A DNA stretch of 64,000 nucleotides from Mytilus californianus. Lineage: Eukaryota. Where the stretch lies: positions 41,168,001 to 41,232,000 of the forward strand of contig NW_026262679.1 in the NCBI RefSeq assembly GCF_021869535.1. The letters are read 5' to 3'. A program made the translations under genes and the position numbers. Below the pieces are notes generated by a model, which was not told the origin of the DNA, searched no databases, and was given only the letters and a program-made list of their open reading frames with translations. The stretch's first letter is position 1, and every line of letters starts with the position of its first letter. Positions 27,711 to 40,960 of the stretch are shown here, in pieces.

Positions 27711-28421
27711 TTTTTATACGACCGCGGTCGTATATTGGTATGACGTTGGTGTCGTCGTGGTTGTCGTCGTCGTCCGAAGACAAATTGGTTTTCGCACAAT
27801 AACTTTAGTTTAAGTGGATAGATCTCTATGAAATTTTACCATAAGGTTCAATACCACAAAAGGAAAGTTGGGATTAATTTTGGGGGTTATGGTACCAACA
27901 GTTCAGGAATTAGGGGCAATTTTTGTAACTTCCAGACAATAACTTTTGTTCAAGTGTATGGATCTCTCTGAAATTGTACTGCAAGGTACCATACCACAAA
28001 GGGAAGGCTGGGATTGAGTTTGGGGGTGATGAATCATAAGGGGATTCAAAAAATGGGGGGGGGATTTTTTTGTTCCTTTTTTTTTTCCTTTTTGTTTTTC
28101 TTTAAAATTTTCCATTTTAAGTTGGTTATTTCTGATTTATATATAGATTTCATCAAAAATTAAATTCTTTGGATTCTTTGATATGCTGAATCTAACCATG
28201 TATTTAGATTTTGGATATTGGACCATAATAGGTAAATTAAAATTTTTTAAGTTCTTAGACCACATTCATTCTGTGTCAGAAACCTATGCTGTGTCAAATA
28301 TTTAATCACAATCCAAATTCAGAGCTGTATCAAGCTTGAATGTTGTGTCCATACTTGCCCCAACTGTTTAGGGTTCAACCTCTGCAGTCGTATCAAGCTA
28401 CGCCCAGTGGAGCATTTTATT
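27711..28421 (+). mobile_element. Short HINE/DINE-1-like element (same family as 32689-36119)
   Basis: 5' TTTTATACGACCGCGGTCGTATA, then a GTC microsatellite, 3' GCAGTCGTATCAAGCTACGCCCAGTGGAGCATTTTATT. It lacks the long internal arrays. Confidence 0.85.
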
Positions 28422-31400
28422 GAATTTGGTACCAATTTTCAAATAAATAATTTCACATTAAGGTGTAAAGGAGTCAAATTTTTTTTTTGATTCTTCAAAA
28501 GTTGAGATCTTGGGGTTCTTTGATATGGTGAATCTTATCGTGTATTTAGATTTTTGATTTGTTTGGCCTTGTTTTCAAGTTGGTCGAAATTGGGGTCCAA
28601 AATTAAATTTTGTTTTATTTCAACAACATTTTAGTATATGGGGTTCTTTGATATGCTCAATATAAACCTGTTCTTTTCAAATCTTGGCTTGAACATTGTG
28701 ATTTAGATATAAAACTTCAATATGTTGCATTTTGAAGGAGTTTCAACACTGATTGGAAAAACCACAGGCAAAGTTGTAAACCATAAGGTTCGCATATCAA
28801 GCTGTAGAATTTGTGAAAGGGCAAAGAGCAGAGGTGTCTTACCACGACAACATAAGTGTAGAAAGAATTGGAGTGGTTCGGCAAAGGTATTTACCATATG
28901 AAAGCAATAACAATGGTAATAAACAGCTGCGCCATGAGCACATGATACGCCCGTCACATTTTCAAAGAAAAAGTTCAATTACTTCTCAATGTCATATTTC
29001 AAATGTATAAAAATCAAAAGGGAGCTTACATCAATAGATATAAACAATTCACTAAAGTTTCATGAGAATTGCTGAAAGCATTTTTGAGTCATTGTCCAAA
29101 ACTGGAAAATCACCCCTTTTTTAATGAATAAAACCCCATAACTCGGAAATGTAAAATCTAAAATTTATAAAAAACCAAAGGGATCTCACATCAATATACA
29201 TAACAATTCATCAAAGTTTTATGCAAATTAGTTAAAGCGTTTTTGAGTTAATTTAATGTCCTACATGTTGACAACAGAAGAACAGACGGATAACGATATC
29301 CCATAATACGTCCCGTAATCTTTGCATTGTGAAAACAAACAACACTTCAATATTTACTTTGACAATAAGTTGTAATTTTGAATTGGCATATTCAATGTTT
29401 AGTTGATAAAAGTGAATGTGAGGACCATTCATTCTTTCGTGTTTCCAAAACATTTCAATTTCAAATAATTGACAGATTATTAGAATTGTTAGATACAACT
29501 GTTGAATTAATCAAACCGTGTAAGCTTTCATTTTTGAGGAATTTTTACAAAATTTTGTCAATGCAAAGTTTAAGGCTTTTGATAATCAAATATGGGGTTG
29601 TGGTATCATCTAAATGTTTACTGAATACACATTATTTTAAAAACTATTTCAGGGTATGGAACCAGATATGGTAGTCGAAATGTTAAAGGAATTAGATGAA
29701 AAAGGAGTGGATATATTAGAAGTAGTAGGAGATGATGATTCCACAGGGTTTGACCGAGCCAAGCAATTAATGCCCAATTCAAAAATGGAAAAAATAAGTG
29801 ATAGAAATCATATCAAACATAACATTATTTCAAAGATAAATGAACTAAAGCCAAAACACAAAGAGTTAACTGGAATGGTTTGTGACGCAATTGTTAAAAA
29901 CTTTACATACGTTGTCAACCAGAATGTGGGTAATCCGAGTGGTATTGAGGACGGCCTACATGCATCAATAAAACACATATTTGGCGAACATGATAACTGC
30001 AATGAAACTTGGTGCGGATACCTTAAAGACAAGGATTCTTATATCCATTCAAATCTTCCCCGTGGAAAAGACCTATGTTCGTCTGAACTCAGATCAGATC
30101 TTTAGAAACTGTTTATTCAAAAAATGGTTCCACAGTCTAAAAAGCTATCTAACTTGGGCTCATCACAGGCAAATGAAAGCTTTAATAACTTAATTGCTCT
30201 CAAAGCTCCAAAAACCAAACATTTCTCCACATCAGCATCTTTAAATTACAGAGTCAGCTCAGCTGTACTCCAAAAGAATGAGGGTTATAATTACATTGCT
30301 GAGGTATTATTTGATAAACATCCTATACTTAATTGCAATTAAGACAATTGAACAGAAATTAGCAACTAACATTAAGGCTTTAATAATCACAATGAATGTG
30401 TAATAAATGCAATCTTACTTCATATATATATATACTTCTCTATTAAAAAAAAATAAACTAAAAAAATATAAAAATAAGAAAATACGGTATGATTGCAAAT
30501 GAGACATCTATTTACCCAAGACAAAAAGACATATCTAAGCAACTATGTTAGGGCTTTTCCAAAAATAAATGTATCATGGGGGGTGGGTGGGTAGGAAGGC
30601 ACTTTTTATTTGACCCCACCATGCATACATTTTAAATTGGATATTTCATATAAATGTTCAGGCAATCTTTCTTAAATAACCACCACCCATCAAATTTTAA
30701 TAAAAGTGCCTTCCTCCCTCAAATACCATTAATTCTGGAAAAGCCCTTACTTTTACAGCCTTTAAAAATGAGCAAAAAAAACAATACATTATGATATCAA
30801 CTGTTAAAGATTCCTGGGTAAATATTCTGATTATTCTACATCAGGTCAAGATTAATCTCAATTTTGCCGAATTCTATTCAATGATTGATTATTGCTGCTC
30901 AAAATGTAATATTCATACTACAAAATGCCTTCAACTTTCATTGCAAAAACATACAAAATATGATTTTTTTTAAGGAATTATTATAAAGATGATAAAGACT
31001 TGCATGATTTTAAATGAATTGATTTTTCAGTTAAACACATCTATAGGCCTGTCACCTGGAAATGAGACCCTAAGCAGGGGTAATAAATTAAACAAGAAGA
31101 GAGAGGGCAACAAAAACAGATTCAAAAGCAAACAGGGAAAAAGACAACGTAAAGTTCTCAAAAAGAAACGCCTCCAAAAAACAACAGTGGCTGAAGTCAA
31201 AGAAGGGAGAACATACCACAGTTCAATCGGTAATAATTCTTATATTGACAGAAAGTATGATGTGCTTTTTACTTTTGAAGAGGTCAATATACATAATTAT
31301 TATTATAATAGAAACATAGCATCAATATACTTTAAAATAGAAACAAGGCTTTGGATATATAAAATAACCTTTGATACATGTGATCATTATATCCAAATAG

Positions 31401-32745
31401 GAGAATGCTACACCATCAGGTCCATGCATATGTAATATTCATGTATATATTTTTATGTCCCCAAGTCAAAAAAGTTTTCAAATTATAAAGTGACTGTGCA
31501 ATTAATCACCAACTGTGAAAATGCGTGAGATTTCAGCCAGACATTAAAGTTATATAATTAACATGAAGATGTAATCATGAAATTTACCAGACTTCTGAAG
31601 TATTGTAATTTTTGGGACAATTTAGTCACAAAATATTAATGAATTTTAGTAAATTTTGATATTTTATAAAGTTGAAATTATTTTCTTTCAAAGACTTGGT
31701 ATATTTTATTTTAATAAGGGTTAGAAGATTTTGCAACAATAGACATAGAAGAAATACCTGCAATTCCTGAAGCTGAAACCTTTACAAACATAGATGATGC
31801 ACCAATAGTTTGTTTTGATTTAGAGACAACTGGTTTAAGTAAGTTATACATAATTAAACTTCAGAAATGAGTTACCTCAATTATAAAAAAATATTTCAGT
31901 GGATAACGTTAAAATTGAAAGAACTGCATTTTTTCATGACATCAAAGATATAACAATATCTACAGAAACACATTATCAATGTCTGTATATACTGTGTTAA
32001 GCCAAATTTTAAAGTCAATGCATATTAGGCTGCGTTATGAATAAAGTATATTAAGAGGATCATGAATGACTCACCTTGATAATTTAGCTTGATTTTGATG
32101 ATTATTCTAATGTTCTTTTTTTCTTTTAGTTGAAATAAAACCAAAAACTGAAAATTGCTGAAACAATACATTTAAGGGGCAATAACTCTTTCATTTTTTT
32201 TTTAGCAATTTACACTTTGCATCTACCTTATTTTGGAGGTGAGATAAAATACAAAGATGATAATTTTAGAAAAATATTTACAGACCAGTGGAGCAAAACT
32301 AATTTTTTTTAGTTATTTCAATGAAGAGAGATATTAAATAAGGAGATGTGGTATAATTGCCAATAAGACCATCAACTAAAGTTCAAATAAGGGGGATAGA
32401 AGACTAAGTCCTGTTGATAATTTTTTGACAATTAATTGCTTTTTCGAAATACCTTTTACAGTTTAGATGCACAATAATAAACAAAATGTTTAACTTCAGG
32501 TAGATATTCTGATATAACCCAGATAGCTGCATGCACCAAAGACAGTTCCTTCAGTCGATATATATTTCCAGACCAACAAATTTCAAGAGAAGCATCAGAA
32601 ATAACAAAAATCACTATTGTAGGACAAAAAATGTATTACAATGGTAATGCTGTTGTTTATAAGCATAAACATGAAGGAATGACTGATTTTTATACGACCG
32701 CAAAAATTGAAAATTTTTTGGTCGTATATTGGTATGACGTTGGCG

Positions 32746-32813
<68 letters not shown>

Positions 32814-33615
32814 TGGCGTCGTCCGAAGACACATTGGTTTTCGCACTCTAACTTTAGTTTAAGTGAATGGATCTCCATGAAATTTTACCATAAGGTTCAA
32901 TACCACGAAAGGAAGGTTGGGATTGATTTTGGGGGTTATGGTACTAACAGTTAAGGAATTAGGGGCCAAAAAGGGGCCAAAAATAAGCATTTTTGTAACT
33001 TCCAGACAATAACTTGTGTGTAAGTGTATGGATCTCTCTGACATTGTACCACAAGGTTCCATATCACAAAGGGAAGGCTGTAATTGATTTTGGGGGTAAT
33101 TACCTCAAAATTTTAGGAATTAGGGGCCAAAAAAGGGGCAAAAAACAAGCATTTTTCTAGTTTCATGACAATAACTTGTGTGTAAGTGTTTGGATATTTC
33201 TGAAATTGTACTACAAGGTTCCATATCACAAAGGGAAAGCTGGAATTGAGTTTGTGGGTAATTGCCTGAAACGTTTAGGAAAAGGGGGCCAAAAAGGGGC
33301 CAAAAATAAGCATTTTTCTAGTTTTCAGACAATAACTTGTGTTCAAGTGTATGGATCTCTCTGAAATTGTACTGCAAGGTACCATACCACAAAGGGAAGG
33401 CTGGGATTGAGTTTGGGGGTGATGAATCATAAGGAGGTTAAAAAAATTTGGGGGGGGGATTTTTTTTTTAAATTTTTTTTTCTTTTTTTCCTTTTTTTTT
33501 TCTTTTAAAATTTTCCATTTTAAGTTGGTTATTTCTGATTAATATTTAAAAGCAAATAATAATGATATGGTAGGAGATACACACCAAACAGGATGTGTAA
33601 ATTATTATATAATAA

Positions 33616-33838
33616 GTATTGTGCAATAGCAAGAAATTTTCAATTGCACAGTATTGCACAATTGCAAGAAATCTTCAATTGCACAGTATTGCGCAATAGC
33701 AAGAAATCTTCAATTGCACAGTATTGCGCAATAGCAAGAAATATCCAATAGCACAATATTGCGCAATAGCAAGAAATTGTCAATTGTACAGTATTGCACA
33801 ATAGCAAGAAATATTCAATTGCACAGTATTGTGCAAAA
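33616..33838. repeat. 35-bp minisatellite, about 6 copies
   Basis: GTATTGCGCAATAGCAAGAAATCTTCAATTGCACA repeats at 35-bp spacing. Confidence 0.9.
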
Positions 33839-33889
33839 GAAGATACTTCGTATAAATTGCTTATTTCTTGATCAATTTCAATGGGGTTT

Positions 33890-35900
33890 TATTCTTGAAT
33901 TCTTGGGGTTCTTTAATATGCTGAATCTAACCGTGTATTAAGTTTTTGGATTTTGGGCCCCGTTTTTAAATTGGTCCACATTGAGGTCCAAAGGGTCCAA
34001 AATTTAACTTTGTTTGATTTCATCAAAAATTGAATTATTGGGGTTCTTTGATATGCCGAATCTAACCGTGTATTTAGATTCTTAATTTTTGGTTCCGTTT
34101 TCAAATTGGTCTACATTAAGGTCAAAAGGGTCCAAAATTAAACTTAGTTTGATTTTAACAAAAATTGAATTTTTAGGGTTCTTTGATATGCTGAATCTAA
34201 ACATGTATTTAGATTTTTGATTATGGGCCCAGTTTTCAAGTTGGTCCAAATCGGGGTCCAAAATTAAACTTTGTTTGATTTCAACAAAAATTGAATATAG
34301 GGGTTCTTTGATATGCTGAATCTAACCATGTATTTAGATTTTTGATTTTTGGGCCCCGTTATCAACTTTGTCCACATTGAGGTCAAAAGGGTCCAAAATT
34401 AAACTTTGTTTGATTTCATCAAAAATTGAATTCTTGGGGTTCTTTCATATGCTGAATCTAACCATGTATTTAGATTTTTTATTTGTGGACCCGCTATCAA
34501 ATTGGTTCATATTGAGGTCAAAAGGGTCCAAAATTAAACTTTGTTTGATTTCATCAAAAATTGAATTATTGGGGTTCTTTGATATGCCAAATCTAACCGT
34601 GTATTTAGATTTTTAATTTTGGGTCCCGTTTTTAAATTGGTCTACATTAAGGTCCAAAGGGTCCAAAATTAAACTTAGTTTGATTTTAACAAAAATTGAA
34701 TTCTTGGGGTTCTTTGATATGCTGAATCTAATCATGTGTTTAGATTTTTGATTATGGGCCCAGTTTTCAAGTTTGTCCAAGTTGGGGTCCAAAATTAAAC
34801 TTTGTTTGATTTCAACAAAAATTGAATATATGGGGTTCTTTAATATGCTGAATCTAAACATGTATTTAGATTTTAGATTTTTGGCCCAGTTTTCAAGTTG
34901 GTCCAAATTGGGGTCCAAAATTAAACTTTGTTTGATTTCAACAAAAATTGAATATATGGGGTTCTTTGATATGCTGAATCTTACCATGTATTTAGATTTT
35001 TTATTTGTGGGCCCGCTATCAAATTGGTTCATATTGAGGTCAAAAGGGTCCAAAATTAAACTTTGTTTGATTTCATCAAAAATTTAATTATTGGGGTTCT
35101 TTGATATGCCAAATCTAACCGTGTATTTAGATTTTTAATTTTGGGTCCCGTTTTTTAAATTGGTCTACATTAAGGTCCAAAGGGTCCAAAATTAAACACG
35201 TTTGATTTTAACAAAAATTGAATTTTTGGGGTTCTTTGATATGCTGAATCTAAACATGTGTTTAGATTTTTGATTATGGGCCCAGTTTTCAAGTTGGTCC
35301 AAGTTGGGGTCCAAAATTAAACTTTGTTTGATTTCAACAAAAATTGAATATATGGGGTTCTTTGATATGCTGAATCTAAACATGTATTTAGATTTTAGAT
35401 TTTTGGCCCAGTTTTCAAGTTGGTCCAAATTGGGGTCCAAAATTAAACTTTGTTTGATTTCAACAAAAATTGAATATATGGGGTTCTTTGATATGCTGAA
35501 TCTTACCATGTATTTAGATTTTTTATTTTGTGGGCCCGCTATCAAATTGGTTCATATTGAGGTCAAAAGGGTCCAAAATTAAACTTTCATCAAAAATTGA
35601 ATTATTGGGGTTCTTTGATATGCCAAATCTAACCGTGTTTTTAGATTTTTAATTTTGGGTCCCGTTTTTTAAATTGGTCTCCATTAAGGTCCAAAGGGTC
35701 CAAAATTAAACTTAGTTTGATTTTAACAAAAATTGAATTCTTGGGGTACTTTGATATGCTGAATCTAAACATGTGTTTAGATTTTTGATTATGGGACCAG
35801 TTTTCAAGTTTGTCCAAGTTGGGGTCCAAAATTAAACTCTGTTTGATTTCAACAAAAATTGAATATATGGGGTTCTTTGATATGCTGAATCTAACCATGT
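33890..35900. repeat. Tandem array of about 16 monomers of 125-136 bp, with a 522-bp four-monomer higher-order repeat
   Basis: GGGTTCTTTGATATGCTGAATCTA recurs throughout. The variant monomer ...CCCGCTATCAAATTGGTTCATATTGAGG follows the monomer starts near 34437, 34959 and 35481. Confidence 0.9.
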
Positions 35901-38900
35901 ATTTTGATTTTGGACATTGGACCATAATAGGTAAATTAAAAAAATTGAAGTTCTTAGACCACATTCTTTCTGTGTCAGAAACCTATGCTGTGTCAAATAT
36001 TTAATCACAATCCAAATTCAGAGCTGTATCAAGCTTGAATGTTGTGTCCATACTTGCCCCAACTGTTCAGGGTTCGACCTCTGCGGTCGTATCAAGCTGC
36101 GCCCAGCGAAGCATTTTATTTAACTTATTTGTCAAGTTTCACAGATAAACCTGTATTGGTAGGACATAATATAAAACGATTTGACTGCCATGTTTTATTT
36201 CATACCTTAAAATGTATGAATATGTACAGTGAACTATGTGCAAGTACTGTTGCATTTTTAGACTCTTTGAATTTGTTTAAACTTGTTTCACCTGGCTTGT
36301 CATCTTATAGCCAGTCTTTTCTTGTTGACAAACTATTAGGTCAACAGTATGAATCTCATAATGCTGTGTATGACACAAAATTACTTTTTAATTTAGTCAC
36401 TGAGAAAGGTAATGTTTCTCAATTTATTAGTGAACTTGCTTTTTCACCTAGCTACCCTCAGTTATACCAGATGCAATTGGCCAACTTGAAAACTTTTGAA
36501 AAGCTAGTTCAATCAAAATGTCTGTCAAAAGCTATGGCACTAAAGACAGCGAGGTCTAACCTAAGGTTTCAACATTTCCAATTAGCAGTACAACGAAATG
36601 ACATGGCAGGACTCAAAGCTTTAATGACAGAAAAGTCTTCAACTGGGGTAGTTAGAGTGACATCAAACAAAAAAATTATACAAAGAGTATATGAGTATCT
36701 AATTAGTCAAAAGTAAAGGAAAAATATGTTTTGTTATATAAGGTAGTCAGTCAGTGGTAATACTTTAAGAGCATATGATACAGTTACAGGGGAGGTCATG
36801 AAGTTTTAACATAAAATATTATTCCTCCTGTATGATAAGAATTAGAAAATTGATCGTTGTTATGCAGAACTTTACCTTAACTAACCTTTTGTTGAAATTC
36901 ATGACCAGAGATATACATTAATGTGTACTGTAAATTACTGTAAATGGTAGCGTGAGCCCTGCTGTAATATTTGTATATGTATTGTAGACATATCTTCATG
37001 ATATAAACCAAATTGTTTTGATAGTTATACAACTTTATATGAACCTTGAATTTTTTTAGATATCAATTTTTTTAAGTTTGTGTAATAATTTATTGTTGAT
37101 TGGAAAACCATTACTTACTGGATGAGATGCATTTGAGTTTTTAATGCATACATAATCCAGTGAAGTAATTTATCCGGCTATAACCCAAATTTTGTTCATA
37201 AAGATAGACTGTATGAACATAGTATGGTAAATTTTGACTGTACACTTTCTTGAAAAAAAGTTCAACTTGTGATAAGAGTTTTAAAATATGTTGAATTAAC
37301 AGTTCTATAAATCTTAGTCTTTTCTGTGTTTTTTTATATATATTTTGGTGGATTATTTGTATTGCTTGTACAGGCAATTAGAACAAGTATATAGAAATTT
37401 TTGGAAAATAGCTTAACAATTATAAAAAAGCTGCAGGAACAATTGTAGTCTTTTCTCTCAGGTGTTTATATTAGTAAAAAGACATCCAAGGTTATTTAGA
37501 AATGTTATTGCTGTTGAAACTTTAAAAAGCTATCTATAGATAACATACTTTCATCTATTTGTACAGAAGTATCAAAATACTGTATATTCAAAAAGTAAAA
37601 TTTTGAATGAGATGTCTGGCATAATTATACTCCTACCTCTGTGGATGGGAAAGAAGGAGAATTCCATCTTTAAAAGATTGAATATGGGATAAAATGATAT
37701 CAGAAAGACTTATACAAGTTACGGCAAATATATTCAAACAAACAGTATTTTGATGACTTCAATCATGACTATTTGATGTTTACATGATGATACATGTATT
37801 CAGGTATTGGTCAGGTCAATGTTTGCGCTGAACATAGTTAATGAAATTTTACACATATTCATTATGATCTACATTTTGCAAATAATTGTATAATAAACCA
37901 AATTAGGGTTAAATCTAGAATTTGTCATGTTGAAGTCCAAAGCAAAATGTCTTAATATGTTTTTAAAAATTTATATTATTAGCAAGGCCTTTGCAAATTT
38001 TATTCAGTGAAATTATTTAACCTAGTTACTACAAACAGTATTTCTAACTGAGAAAAACATGTAATTTATTTGGCATCTTTATTTAATTATATATGTACAA
38101 ACAAACGTAAGAATAGATATCCATTGAAAATAAAATAAATGTATTAGATCACATGTTGTTGTTTCACTTCTATCAAGAAATATGTTTAGTCATGTTAATT
38201 CCCTAAATCAACTCGGTAACACACAAAAAAAACAATTATAACTTGCACATCACCACATAATACTGGATAATCAAATGGAGTGGAAAAAGAGGGGCACTTA
38301 CTGTGCTGATTATGTGTGGTAGTGATGGTAAGTCTATTTTTTGTCAAATTTATTCGGAATGTATTTTTTTAATATTAAAAAGAAATGAAAAGAAAACGAG
38401 AACAAATGCTCACATTTATCTGAATCTTTAATGTGTGATAAAAGAAAGATTAACCATACTAATGGGACATTCTAACTCATAACATAATAAGAAAATAAAC
38501 AGAAAATGCCATGTTTCCTTTACATAATATTTTATGTTGGTGCTCCTTTAGAAATGAGTCTTATATATAAAGCAAACACAGCCTATTTACACCGAAATCT
38601 GCACATGATACTTAATAATACTTCAAAGTTTGATAAGAAAATGCAAAGGAAACTGCAAGATATCAATCATAATATTTGGTAAAAGCAAACTAAAGTTAGA
38701 GAAAGGAAAGGAAAAATTCAGCAATTTTTCAATTTGTAAAGGGGCATAACTCTAGAACGGTTAAAGTGACACCAACAAAATTAAAACTTGGTGTGTGTTG
38801 TGTGGTAAAAACATTGTGATAAAGTTTCATAACATTTGGTTGAGGCAAATAAAAGCTGGAGAACGGAAATCAAATCTGGGACGTACATACGGACGAACAG

Positions 38901-38957
38901 ACTTACATACGGACAAGGGTAAAATTCAATGCCCCCTCAGCTACGATGGGGCATACA

Positions 38958-40960
38958 AATTAGCAACTTCTGTCATTTTTTTCCTGTGAATATTCAAAAA
39001 GAAAGGTTTTTTTCCAATTTCCCCTATATCCATTCAGAAATTAGCCTACTGCACCCATTTTCAGAGGCCAAAAAATCTCTTGAATGGCCGGTGACCCCCA
39101 AATTTGATTCCAATTTTATAAAATAGAGACTTCAAGCTTTTCAGTATGAAAAAATGAGCAACTTCTGTCGTTTTGTTTGCTGTGAAATTTTAATGAAAGA
39201 GGTTTTATGTCCATTTTCCCTATATCTAGCCTTTTTGCACTCATTTTCACAGGTCAAAAAATCTCTTGTGACCCCCAAATTTTATTCCAATTTCATAAAC
39301 TAGAGACATCAAGCTTTCCGTATGAAAAAATGAGCAACTTCTGTCATTTTGATTGCTGTGAAAATTCAATCAAAGAGGTTTTTATGTCCATTTTCCCTAA
39401 ATTTAGCCTTTTTGCACTCATTTTTAGAGGTCAAAAAATCTCTTGGATGGCCGGTGACCCCCAAATTTTATTCCAATTTCATAAAATAGAGACATCAAGC
39501 TTTTCAGTTTGAAAAAATGAGCAACTTTTGTCATTTTGTTTGCTGTGAAAATTCAATCGAAGAGGTTTTATGTCCATTTTCCCTATATTTAGCCTTTTTG
39601 CACTCATTTTTAGAGGTCAAAAAATCTCTTGGATGGCCCGTGACCCCCAAATATTATTCCAATTTCATAAAATAGAGACATCAAACTTTTCAGTATGAAA
39701 AAATGAGCAACTTCTGTCATTTTGTTTGCTGTGAAAATTCAATCAAAGAGGTTTTATGTCCATTTTCCCTATATTTAGCCTTTTTGCACTCATTTTTAGA
39801 GGTCAAAAAATCTCTTGGATGGCCGGTGACCCCCAAATTTTATTCCAATTTCATAAAATAGAGACATCAAGCTTTTCAGTATGAAAAAATGAGCAACTTC
39901 TGTCATTTTGATTGCTGTGAAAATTCAATCAAAGAGGTTTTTATGTCCATTTTCCCTATATTTAGCCTTTTTGCACTCATTTTTAGAGGTCAAAAAATCT
40001 CTTGGATGGCCGGTGACCCACAAATTTTATTCCAATTTCATAAAATAGAGACATCAAGCTTTTCAGTATGAAAAAATGAGCAACTTTTGTCATTTTGTTT
40101 GCTGTTAAAATTCAATCGAAGAGGTTTTATGTCCATTTTCCCTATATTTAGCCTTTTTGCACTCATTTTTAGAGGTCAAAAAATCTCTTGGATGGCCGGT
40201 GACCCCCAAATTTTATTCCAATTTCATAAAATAGAGACATCAAGCTTTTCAGTATGAAAAAATGAGCAACTTCTGTCATTTTGTTTGCTGTGAAAATTCA
40301 ATCAAAGAGGTTTTTATGTCCATTTTCCCTAAATTTAGCCTTTTTGCACTCATTTTTAGAGGTCAAAAAATCTCTTGGATGGCCGGTGACCCCCAAATTT
40401 TATTCCAATTTCATAAAATAGAGACAATAAGCTTTTCAGTATGAAAAAATGAGCAACTTTTGTCATTTTGATTGCTGTGAAAATTCAATCAAAGAGGTTT
40501 TATGTTCATTTTCCCTATATTTAGCCTTTTTGCGCTCATTTTTAGAGGTCAAAAAATCTCTTGGATGGCCGGTGACCCCCAAATTTTATTCCAATTTCAT
40601 AAAATAGGGACATCAAGCTTTTCAGAATGAAAAAATGAGTAACTTCTGTCATTTTGTTTGCTGTTAAAATTCAATCAAAGAGGTTTTATGTCCATTTTCC
40701 CTATATTTAGCCTTTTTGCACTCATTTTTAGAGGTCAAAAAATCTCTTGGATGGCCGGTGACCCCCAAATTTTATTCCAATTTCATAAAATAGGGACATC
40801 AAGCTTTTCAGTATGAAAAAATGAGCAACTTCTGTCATTTTGTTTGCTGTGAAAATTCAATCAAAGAGGTTTTATGTCCATTTTCCCTATATATCCATAT
40901 AGCCTATTTGCACTCATTTTCAGAGGTCAAAAAATCTCTTAGATGGCCGGTGACCCCCAA
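38958..40960. repeat. Subterminal satellite-like array, 186-187-bp unit, about 11 copies
   Basis: ATGAG(C/T)AACTT starts at 39154, 39330, 39517, 39703, 39889, 40076, 40262, 40449, 40635 and 40821. The array ends about 95 bp from the right TIR. Confidence 0.95.

Larger units (their letters stand above)
32689..36119 (+). mobile_element. HINE/DINE-1-like (Helentron-associated) non-autonomous element, about 3.4 kb, inserted in a T-run inside the exonuclease exon
   Basis: 5' subterminal ATACGACCGC with partner GGTCGTAT, (GTC)n at about 32744-32822, internal tandem arrays, 3' GCGGTCGTAT and the hairpin GCTG-CGCC-CAGC. Removing it restores GMTDF-LTYLSSF. Ends are uncertain by 1-3 T. Confidence 0.85.
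22234..36716 (+). pseudogene. Spliced DDE transposase - DEDDh exonuclease - PML-C-like fusion gene (about 885 aa), disrupted
   Basis: Exons 22234-22708, 24346-24528, 25856-25948, 28738-28886, 29653-30303, 31031-31229, 31719-31838, and 32500-32690 joined to 36120-36716. All 7 introns are GT-AG and phase-compatible. Transposase motifs: STDTCWQKKG, CRIC...NWSGSAKGME, VGDDDS, SSQANESFN. Exonuclease motifs: FDLETTG, GHNIKRFD, HNAVYD. Lesions: TAG at 30103-30105 and an insertion at about 32691-36119. Confidence 0.9.

Noticed and set aside
32595-32954. Overlapping poly-D, poly-R, poly-V and poly-T ORFs
   Set aside because: These are translations of the (GTC)n microsatellite of the HINE. Only the 32500-32690 part is real exon.
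33759-36004. Many repetitive ORFs on both strands, and the regular array as a possible CRISPR
   Set aside because: They are translations of tandem monomers. There are no unique spacers or cas genes, and the DNA is eukaryotic.
37100-38330. Possible second gene inside the Kolobok-type element (splice-like sites at 37461, 37803 and 38325)
   Set aside because: The best frame has about 8 stops in about 114 codons, near random for this AT content, and no recognisable motif.
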